Part shown: positions 48,426-57,000 of the stretch, in pieces
How positions within the stretch are numbered: the first letter of the stretch is position 1
Layout: each line of letters opens with the position of its first letter
Source: an uncultured Enterobacteriaceae bacterium
GTDB lineage: Bacteria > Pseudomonadota > Gammaproteobacteria > Burkholderiales > SG8-39
Assembly (NCBI GenBank): GCA_964612335.1
Contig: CAZTDU010000007.1
Location: forward strand, 20,800-84,799
DNA: 64,000 bases
Reading direction: 5' to 3'
Program-made: the position numbers and the translations under genes
The notes under the pieces: generated by a model
The model's input: the letters and a program-made list of their open reading frames with translations, nothing else
Databases searched by the model: none
What the model was told of the DNA's origin: nothing

Positions 48426-49414
48426 TGGCGATGACGGACGCTGCGCGCCGCATCGCCTCCGCGCGATGGAGCGGGCGCATGGCGCCGCTCATCGCGCAGG
48501 CGGCGCTCCTGGTTTTCTCGGCGTGCTCGCAGGCGCAGCAGCCGCTGCCCGGGGCGCAGCGCGTCGAGTTCGAGTCCGCCGGCGCGGACAAGCTGTTCGC
48601 GCATGCGTTCACGCCTCCGCCGGCGCCGGCGGGTGCGCGCGTTCCGGCGATCGTCATGCTGCACGGTTCGGAGGGCATCAGCGATTCGCGCGAAGGCGAA
48701 TGGGCGCGCGAGCTCGCGGCGCTGGGGCTGGTGGTATTCGTCGTCGACAGCTTCACGCCGCGCGAAGTGAGGACCACGGTGGACGACCAGACCCGGGTCA
48801 CCACCGGCCAGATGATCGGCGACGCCTTCGGTGCGCTCGACTTCCTGTCGCAGCAGCCCTTCATCGACCCGATGCGGGTCGGTGTCATGGGCATGTCCAA
48901 GGGCGGCGGCGCGGCGCTGCTGGCCGCCGACCGGCGCGCGCGCATCGGCGCTCGCGCGTTCGCGGCGCACATCACGCTGTACCCGTTCTGTTCCACCCAG
49001 TACCGCTCGCCGCAGCCTGGCGCGCCGCTGCTGATGCTGCTCGCCGAAGCCGATGACTACACCGGCGCGCAGCCCTGCCAGGACTATGCCGCGCGCATCC
49101 GCAAGGCGGGCGGCACGCTGGAACTGGTCACCTACAAGGCGGCGCGCCACGGCTTCGACGGCGACCCGCGCAACATCGGCGGCTACCGGCTGGACAATGC
49201 GCAGAATTTCCGCGACTGCGTGATGCTGCTCGAGGACGACGGCCGCAGCGTGCTCGCGGCGACCGGCGCGGTGCTGGACTCGCCAAAACGTGCGCTCGAG
49301 GCGCTCAAGCGCTCGTGCATGCGCACCGGCGCCAGCGTCGGCGCCAATCCCGAAGCGAAGCGCAAGGCGCTCGCCGATGTCACCCGTTTCCTGAAGACGA
49401 CCCTGTTGCAGTAG
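48425..49414 (+). CDS. dienelactone-hydrolase-like alpha/beta hydrolase with signal peptide/lipobox
   Basis: ATG 48425 overlaps the upstream TGA (TGATG). Signal [20 protein letters not shown]. Motifs: [12 protein letters not shown], nucleophile-like [13 protein letters not shown]. Confidence 0.75.
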   Translation: MAMTDAARRIASARWSGRMAPLIAQAALLVFSACSQAQQPLPGAQRVEFESAGADKLFAHAFTPPPAPAGARVPAIVMLHGSEGISDSREGEWARELAALGLVVFVVDSFTPREVRTTVDDQTRVTTGQMIGDAFGALDFLSQQPFIDPMRVGVMGMSKGGGAALLAADRRARIGARAFAAHITLYPFCSTQYRSPQPGAPLLMLLAEADDYTGAQPCQDYAARIRKAGGTLELVTYKAARHGFDGDPRNIGGYRLDNAQNFRDCVMLLEDDGRSVLAATGAVLDSPKRALEALKRSCMRTGASVGANPEAKRKALADVTRFLKTTLLQ

Positions 49415-49436
49415 CGAACCTCGAGGAGGACCTGCC

Positions 49437-50615
49437 ATGACCGAAGCCGTGATCGTTTCCACCGCCCGTACCCCGCTGTGCAAGAGCTGGCGCGGCGCCC
49501 TCAACCAGACCCATGGCGCGAAGATGGGCGGTCACGTCGTGCACGCGGCGCTCGAGCGCGCCAAGCTCGAGCCGCAGGAAGTCGAGGACGTCATCATGGG
49601 CTGTGCGTCGCCCGAGGGCGCCACCGGCGGCAACATCGCGCGCCAGATCGCGCTGCGCGCCGGCATGCCAGTCACGGTCTCGGGCATGACGGTGAACCGC
49701 TTCTGCTCCTCGGGCCTGCAGACGGTGGCGCTCGCCGCGCAGCGCATCCTCGCCGGCGAAGGCGACACCTACGTCGCCGGCGGCGTCGAGTCGATCTCGC
49801 TGGTGCAGAACGAGGCGAACAAGCACCACGCGCAGGACGAATGGCTGCACCGGCACAAGCCGGAAATCTACTGGCCGATGCTGCAGACCGCGGAGTACGT
49901 GGCGAAGAAATACGACATTTCGCGCGAGGCGCAGGATCGCTACGGCGTCGACAGCCAGCTGAAGGCGGCGAAGGCGCGCGCGGAAGGCAAGTTCAGGGAC
50001 GAAATCGCGCCCATCACCACCAAGATGAAGGTGATCGACAAGGCGACCAACACCGAGACGCTGAAGGAAGTCACCGCCGAGCACGACGAGGGCATCCGCC
50101 CAGACACCACCTACGAGGGCGTGTCGCAGATCAAGCCCGCGATCGAGGGCGGCGTGATCGCGGCGGGCAACGCCAGCCAGTTCTCCGACGGCGCCTCGGC
50201 GCAGGTGCTGATGAGCGACCGGTCTGCTGCCAGGCGCGGCCTGAAACCCATGGGCATCTACCGCGGCTTCGCGGTCGCCGGCTGCGAGCCGAACGAAATG
50301 GGCATCGGCCCGGTGTTCGCGATCCCGAAGCTGCTCGAGCGCGCCGGCCTCAAGGTGGAGGACATCGGCCTGTGGGAACTCAACGAAGCTTTCGCGGTGC
50401 AGGTGATCTACTGCCGCGACAAGCTCGGCATCCCCAACGAGCGCCTGAACGTCAACGGCGGTTCGATCGCGGTCGGCCACCCCTACGGCGTCACCGGCTC
50501 GCGCCTGGTTGGCCACGCGCTGATCGAAGGCAAGCGCCGCGGCGTCAAACACGTGGTGGTCACCATGTGCATCGGCGGCGGCATGGGTGCCGCCGGGCTG
50601 TTCGAAGTCGTCTAA
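49437..50615 (+). CDS. acetyl-CoA C-acyltransferase (thiolase)
   Basis: 392-aa ORF. Motifs: active-site [34 protein letters not shown]. Its stop TAA 50613-50615 interlocks with the convergent regulator stop (CTAA). Confidence 0.92.
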   Translation: MTEAVIVSTARTPLCKSWRGALNQTHGAKMGGHVVHAALERAKLEPQEVEDVIMGCASPEGATGGNIARQIALRAGMPVTVSGMTVNRFCSSGLQTVALAAQRILAGEGDTYVAGGVESISLVQNEANKHHAQDEWLHRHKPEIYWPMLQTAEYVAKKYDISREAQDRYGVDSQLKAAKARAEGKFRDEIAPITTKMKVIDKATNTETLKEVTAEHDEGIRPDTTYEGVSQIKPAIEGGVIAAGNASQFSDGASAQVLMSDRSAARRGLKPMGIYRGFAVAGCEPNEMGIGPVFAIPKLLERAGLKVEDIGLWELNEAFAVQVIYCRDKLGIPNERLNVNGGSIAVGHPYGVTGSRLVGHALIEGKRRGVKHVVVTMCIGGGMGAAGLFEVV

Positions 50616-53600
50616 GCCGCTCGCTGCGGGGCGGCGAGCCAGGCATCAAGTTCGCGCTGCGTTCTCGCGACCTCGTGGCGCGCGCCCATGTCGCTGAAGG
50701 TCGCGATCGCTCGCTGCATGTGATCGCACGCAGACGCGGCATTGCCGTCCGCGCGCTCGATGCGCGCGAGCACGCGCTGCGTCCAGCCCAGCGCCAAGCG
50801 GTAATCCGTCTGCCGCGTGAGCGCCTCGCTGCGGCACCCGAACCGCCGCGCCTCGTCGATCTCGCCGCATTGCAGCGCGGCTTCCGCGCGCAAGCCCAGG
50901 TACTGCCCGAGCAGCGGCTGGAAGCTGAAGCGCTCGGCCTGCACGATCACCGCGTCCAGCAGCGCGATCGCCTCGCGCGGCTCGTGCCGCTCCACGAGCG
51001 CGAGGCCCAGCATCGCCGCGGCGGTCATGCGGTAGAGCGCATCCGGCGCCGTCTCCAGCGAGCGGCGGCAATCCGCGAGCGCCGCGTCCAGCTCTCCCGA
51101 CAAGGCATGGGTGAACCCGCTCGCCCACGCCGAGATGCACGCCAGGCGCTGGTCGGCGTTCTCCTCGCCAAGCGCCGCGGCGCTTGCCTGCGCATCCAGT
51201 GCATCACGCAGCTCGCCGCAGTACGCGAGGTTCAGGCCGAGGATCCAGTACGCCTGCCCCAGCCACCAGCGCTCGGCGGTACCCGCTAGCAGGCGAACCG
51301 CCTCGGCGCCATGCCGCGCGCCCTCGCGCGGCTCGGCCCACAGGCTGACGTTGGCCAGCGTGACGTGCGCCTTGCCCATGGTGGCGATGTCACTGCAGGC
51401 CGTCGCCGCGGCAAGCGCCAGTCCCGCGTGCCGGCGGCTTTCGGCGCGCTCATCGAGGTAGTGGCAGGTGGCGCCGAGCAGCATGTGGTACGGGCCGGCG
51501 ACGCGCGGATCAGCCGCCGCATCCACGAACCGCTGCTCCGCGCGCAATGACTCCGCCGCCTCCTGCATGCGCCCCAGCAGCACCAGGCTGCGCGCGCGGC
51601 GCATCACCAGCTCGTGCCGTCGGCGCGCCTGTTCGGCAGGCGGCAGCGCGGAGAGGCGCGCCAGAGCCTCGTCCAGCGCGGCGACGGCCTGCGCGTGACC
51701 GCCGGCGCGCGCGGCGCGCTCGGCTGCGCGCTGGAGGTAGTGCAGCGCCTTGTCGCGTCGACTGCTGCGCGCGTAGTGAAACGCCAGCTGCGCGTACGCC
51801 GGTTCCAGTTGCTCCGCGTGCAGCGCTTCCAGCGCCTCGGCAAGCGCGAGGTGAAGCTGCCCGCGCGCAGGCGCCAGCAGCGCGTCCATCACCACGCGGC
51901 GCACGCGATCGTGCTCGAAATCGAAGCGCTCGCCGACCGCGCGCAGCATGCGCCTGCGCACCAGTTCTTCCAGCGCCGCGGACGCCGCGCGTGCGTCCAT
52001 CGCCGCGGCGCGCTGCAGCACCGCGAAGTCGCACTCGGTTCCGGACACCGCCGCCAGTTGCAGCAGCTGCCTTGGCGCGGCATCAAGCCTGTCGAGCTGC
52101 GCCTCGACCAGCGCACGCACACGCCCCGGCAGCGCGGCGCCGACACCCTCCGCCACGCCTGGATCGGCCTGGGCCGCGCGCACGCTTTCGGTGACGACGA
52201 AAGGGTTGCCCTCGCTTTCGCGCCACACGCGCTCGGCGAGCCGCGCGACGGCCTGCGCCTGCATGCCGCGCCGCGATAGCGCAGCGACCAGCGCGTCGGT
52301 ATCTTCGCGCGACAGCGGCGCCAGCCGCAGCTGCTGAAGTGCCGCATGCCGGTCCAGTTCGTGCAGCATGCGCGACAAGGCCTGTGCCCCCGGCAGTTCC
52401 TCGTCGCGCAGCGTCAGCACCAGGCCGATGCGCCGGCCGCGCGCATGGCGGCCGGCCGCTGCCAGCAGCCGCAGGCTCATGTCGTCCGCCCAGTGCAGGT
52501 CCTCGAATACGAGCAGCAGCGGCGCGCGCTGCGCGAGCAGGTCCAGCACGCGGATGACGGCATCCACCAGCCGGCCCTGGCGCGACAGGGCTTCGCCGCT
52601 GCCGGCATCGATGCCATCGCGTGCCAGTTCCGGCAGCAGGCGCGGGAGTTCCGCGCGCCACGGCGGCTCCAGTTCCTGCAGCAGCGCGGCATCGCGCGGC
52701 ACGCCTGCGTCGCGCAGCATCTCGACGAGCGGCGCAAACGCAAAGGCCTGCTGGCTCTCGTGGCAGCGCCCGGTGAACACCTGCGCACCCTCGCGCAGCG
52801 CAAGCGCCGAGATCTCCTCGGCGAGGCGCGTCTTGCCGATGCCAGCCTCGCCGACCAGCGCAAGCACGCGGCCGCGACCGGCGACCAGGTCCTCGAGCAG
52901 CCGCGCGCCCTGTTCGAGCTCGGCACCGCGGCCCACCAGCGGCGCTTCGTGCGGCAGCGGCTCGGTCGGCGCGGCCGGAGCCGGGCGCGCACCGCCGCTT
53001 TGCAGGATGGCGTGGTACAGCTCGCGCGTCGCGGCTTCGGGCTCGGTGCCGAGCTCGCGGCGCAGGACGCCGAGGCACGCCTGGTACTGCCGCAAGGCGG
53101 AGGCGCGGCGGCCCTGATCCGCATACAGCCGCATCAACGCGCGGTGCGCCACTTCCTCCAGCGGATCGATGGACAGCAAACGCAGCGCGGCCTGGATCGC
53201 CGGCGCGGACTCTCCGCGGTCCCGGTGCCACACGACCAGGCGCGCGAGCGCGTCCAGCGCGCGTTCGCGCAACCGCTCGCGCTCGACGAGCAACCAGTCC
53301 TCGAAGCCGGAGTCATTGATCGACACGCCGGCGAGCAGCTCGCCGCGGTACAGCGCAGCCGCACGCGCGAGCTGCGCGCCATCCTCCGATGCGCAACACT
53401 GCTCGAATTCGACGACGTCGCAGGCAAGCGCGCCGGCGGCCAGCGCAACGCCGGCGCTGCCGCCGGACAGGGCTTCCCTGCCCAGCGCCTTGCCGAGCAG
53501 CGACAGCGCCTGCCGCAGGCTGGCGCGCGCCGCGGACTGCGCCGACTCGCCCCACAACAGCGAGCAGAGTGCGTCCCGGCTCACGCCGCCCGAGGGGGCC

Positions 53601-53713
53601 AGCGCGAGGCGCGCGAGCAGCGCCTCGGTCTTTCGAGTCGGCAGCCGAACCACGGCACCCGCCGCGTCGCGCAACTCGAAACCGCCCAGCAGTGACAGCC
53701 GGAAGCCGTACAT
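50612..53713 (-). CDS. large SARP-type regulator: OmpR-like wHTH + BTAD + P-loop ATPase (AAA_16/STAND-like) + TPR
   Basis: 1033-aa ORF. The N-terminus [11 protein letters not shown]...[15 protein letters not shown] is SARP-like. The BTAD-like stretch is [36 protein letters not shown]. Walker A is [12 protein letters not shown] and Walker B is [13 protein letters not shown]. The C-terminal ~450 aa are helical repeats. Confidence 0.85.
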   Translation of the reverse strand: MYGFRLSLLGGFELRDAAGAVVRLPTRKTEALLARLALAPSGGVSRDALCSLLWGESAQSAARASLRQALSLLGKALGREALSGGSAGVALAAGALACDVVEFEQCCASEDGAQLARAAALYRGELLAGVSINDSGFEDWLLVERERLRERALDALARLVVWHRDRGESAPAIQAALRLLSIDPLEEVAHRALMRLYADQGRRASALRQYQACLGVLRRELGTEPEAATRELYHAILQSGGARPAPAAPTEPLPHEAPLVGRGAELEQGARLLEDLVAGRGRVLALVGEAGIGKTRLAEEISALALREGAQVFTGRCHESQQAFAFAPLVEMLRDAGVPRDAALLQELEPPWRAELPRLLPELARDGIDAGSGEALSRQGRLVDAVIRVLDLLAQRAPLLLVFEDLHWADDMSLRLLAAAGRHARGRRIGLVLTLRDEELPGAQALSRMLHELDRHAALQQLRLAPLSREDTDALVAALSRRGMQAQAVARLAERVWRESEGNPFVVTESVRAAQADPGVAEGVGAALPGRVRALVEAQLDRLDAAPRQLLQLAAVSGTECDFAVLQRAAAMDARAASAALEELVRRRMLRAVGERFDFEHDRVRRVVMDALLAPARGQLHLALAEALEALHAEQLEPAYAQLAFHYARSSRRDKALHYLQRAAERAARAGGHAQAVAALDEALARLSALPPAEQARRRHELVMRRARSLVLLGRMQEAAESLRAEQRFVDAAADPRVAGPYHMLLGATCHYLDERAESRRHAGLALAAATACSDIATMGKAHVTLANVSLWAEPREGARHGAEAVRLLAGTAERWWLGQAYWILGLNLAYCGELRDALDAQASAAALGEENADQRLACISAWASGFTHALSGELDAALADCRRSLETAPDALYRMTAAAMLGLALVERHEPREAIALLDAVIVQAERFSFQPLLGQYLGLRAEAALQCGEIDEARRFGCRSEALTRQTDYRLALGWTQRVLARIERADGNAASACDHMQRAIATFSDMGARHEVARTQRELDAWLAAPQRAA

Positions 53714-53741
53714 GGACTGAAAGTTTTATCTGTAAGTCCAT
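53712..53741. promoter_or_regulatory. inverted repeat in AT-rich divergent promoter region
   Basis: ATGGACT (53712-53718) - N16 - AGTCCAT (53735-53741). It lies in the lowest-GC patch of the window (gaaagttttatctgtaagtccataagaaatatacc), and the left arm overlaps the regulator start codon. Confidence 0.35.
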
Positions 53742-53810
53742 AAGAAATATACCGGAACCCGCGATCTCGCCGCCTGTTGCGATCCTGTGACGCCGGGGGA
53801 GTAGACGTGC

Positions 53811-54014
53811 GTGATGGTCTTCATCGTTCGCACCCGGCGCGATGCCAAGGGTCAGTTGCGCGGCGTGATCACCCACGCCGGCTCCGGGCGACGCGAGGCC
53901 TTTGGCGATACTTCCGAGATCGGCAGGCTGATCCAGCAGATGTCGATCGAGCGCGATGCGGCGCCAGCCGGCATCGCGCAGCTCGACGTTCCGCGCAAGG
54001 GCAAGCCCGCATGA
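53811..54014 (+). CDS. small protein (67 aa) translationally coupled to the TPS exoprotein gene
   Basis: GTG 53811 and ATG 53814 are preceded by GGGGGAG (53795-53801). The stop overlaps the tpsA-like ATG (ATGA at 54011-54014). Sequence: MVFIVRTRRDAKGQLRGVITHAGSGRREAFGDTSEIGRLIQQM... Confidence 0.6.
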   Translation: MMVFIVRTRRDAKGQLRGVITHAGSGRREAFGDTSEIGRLIQQMSIERDAAPAGIAQLDVPRKGKPA

Positions 54015-57000
54015 GGCGGCACGGACTCGTCGCCGCACTGCTGCTCGCCGTGCCGCTTGGGTCGATCGCGAACCCGACCGGGCCGCAGGTGACCGCCGGC
54101 GGCGCGAGCTTCCACGCCGCGCCCGGCGCGCTGACGGTGACGAACGCGCCGGGCACCATCATCAACTGGCAGGGCTTCTCGATCGGCACCGGGGAGCTCA
54201 CGCGCTTCCAGCAGCAGTCGGCCGCCAGCGCGGTGCTGAACCGCGTGGTGGGCCCCGACCCCTCCAGCATCCTCGGCACGCTGTCGTCCAACGGCCGCGT
54301 GTTCCTTCTCAACCCGCACGGCATCGTCTTCGGGGCCGGATCGCGCATCGACACCGCCGGCCTCGTCGCCTCCACGCTGAACATGCGCGACGAGGATTTC
54401 CTCGCCGGCCGGCTGAAATTCGAAGGCGGCGGCCACGGCGTCCTGCGAAACGAAGGCGCGATCCGCGCCGGCGGCGACATCTTCCTGGTCGGCCCGCGGA
54501 TAGAGAACGCCGGCGCGATCGTCAGCGACGCCGGCAGCGTGGTGCTGGCCGCCGGCCGCTCGGTGAACATCACCAGCCCGGATGCGCACGGCGTGCAGTT
54601 CGCGCTGCAGGCGCCGGAGGACAGCGCGGTGAACCTGGGCACGATCTCTGCGGCCAATGCCGCGTCGATGTTCGCCGGCACGCTCAGGCATTCCGGCGAC
54701 ATCCGCGCCACCAGCGCCAGCGTGGATGCCGCCGGCCGCGTGGTGCTCGCCGCGCAGAAAGACGCAATCCTGGGCGGCAACGCCACCATCAGCGTGGACA
54801 ACGCCGCCGGCAAGGGCGGATCGGTGCAGATCACTGGCGAGCGCGTGGGACTGTTCGACTCCGCCAGCGTCAGCGCGCGCGGCGCCAGCGGCGGCGGCGA
54901 GATCCTCATCGGCGGCGACTACCAGGGCAAGAATCCGGACGTGCCGAACGCCGCGCGGACATTCGTCGCCGGCGGCGTGACCCTGGACGCGGACGCCACC
55001 GCGAGCGGCAACGGCGGCAAGGTCATTGTCTGGGCCGACGAAGTCACGCGTTACTACGGCAGCGCATCGGTGCGCGGCGGTGCCCAGCGCGGCGACGGCG
55101 GGCTGGTGGAAGTCTCCGGCAAGCAGGCGCTGGAGTTCCGCGGCCGCGCGGCGCTCGAAGCGCCGCAGGGCGTCGCGGGCACGCTGCTGCTGGACCCGCT
55201 GAACATCACGGTGCAGGCCGGCGCAGGCACGCTGGACGGCCATCTCACGCCGCCGGGCGATGCGACGCTCGCGTTCGGCGACGCTTCCGGCGTCAGCGGC
55301 ACGCTGGATACCGCCGAACTCGCCGCGTTCACGTCGGGGACGGTCGAACTGCAGGCGGACAACGACATCACGGTCAACGCGGCGGTGACCATGGCCTCCG
55401 GCGTCAACCTCAAGCTCGCGGCCATCAACAACGTCAACGTCAATTCGAACATCACCACCTCGGGCGGCGGCAACCTGCGGCTGGAGGCCGATACCGACGC
55501 GTCCGGCGCGGGCGTCATCACGCTGGGATCGGTGACCATCAACGCGCCGCTCATCGCCGGCGACACGGGCAAGGAGTTCTCGGGGAAGGTCACCATCGGC
55601 GGCAACGTGAGCTTCGGCGAGAATGCCGAGGCTTTCGGCAAGCTGACCTACTCCACCGGTGGCCTGAGTGTCGCGAGCGGCAGGACGCTGACGCTCAAGG
55701 GCGGAATGGACTGGAGCTTTTCCAACAGCACGATCAGCGGCCCCGGCACGCTGTCGTTGCCCTCGGGCCAGACGCTGGCGATGACCGGGGGTGGCGCACA
55801 CAACCTGAGCGGCCTCACCTTCAACAACGCCGGCACCGTCACGAGTTCACTGAACAACAACACGCTGTTCGTCAACGACAGCGCCATCTTCAACAACAGC
55901 GGCACCTACCGCTTCATCAACGGCCACGATGCCATCGGCACGAACTCCGGCACCGGCACTTTCAACAACACCGGCACCATCGCCAACAACGGCAACTTCG
56001 CCACCGTCGTCAACCCCACCACCTTCACCAACAACGGCGGCACTCTCAACAGCAACACCGGCAACCTCAGCCTGTCGGGGGGCGGCAGCCACTCCGGCAG
56101 CCTGACCATGCAGGGCACCGACGTGCGCTTCTCCGGCGGCACGCACAACTTCGCCGACAGCACCACCGTCTCCGGCCAGCTCAACGTCACCGGCGGCACG
56201 TCCAGCTTCGGCTCCGTCACCACCAGCGGCCTAGTCAGCTACTCCGGCGGCGCGATGAACATCACCTCCGGGGACACCCTCACCCTGAACGGCGGCATGA
56301 ACTGGAGTTTCATCAACAGCACGATCAGCGGCCCCGGCACGCTGTCGTTGCCCTCGGGCCAGACGCTGGCGATGACCGGGGGTGGCGCACACAACCTGAG
56401 CGGCCTCACCTTCAACAACGCCGGCACCGTCACGAGTTCACTGAACAACAACACGCTGTTCGTCAACGACAGCGCCATCTTCAACAACAGCGGCACCTAC
56501 CGCTTCATCAACGGCCACGATGCCATCGGCACGAACTCCGGCACCGGCACCTTCAGCAACACCGGCACGCTGGAAAGCGGCGGCGCCTTCACCAACGCGG
56601 TGAGCAGCGTCACCTTCAACAACAACGGCGGCACGCTTTCCAGCGGAGCCTCCGGAACCCTCAACATCAGCACCGGCGGCAGCCACTCGAACGCGATGAC
56701 GGTGACCAACGGCAACGTCCGCTTCACGGGTGGCACGCACACGTTCTCGGGCGCCAGCTTCGCCGGCACCGGCGCGATCAACCTGCAGGGCGCGACTTTC
56801 CAGTTCGGCAACACGAACTGGAACCGGTCGCTGGCGTTCTCCTCCGGCACCGTCACGCTGCAGGCCGGCACCACGACCACCGTGCCCTCGGGCGCGAGCA
56901 TCGCGATCAACCACGCGGTCGGCGGCACCGGCACGCTGTCGAACGCCGGCACCGTGGACCTGAGCGGCGGCTCGATCGCCGGCAGCTTCACGAACAACGG

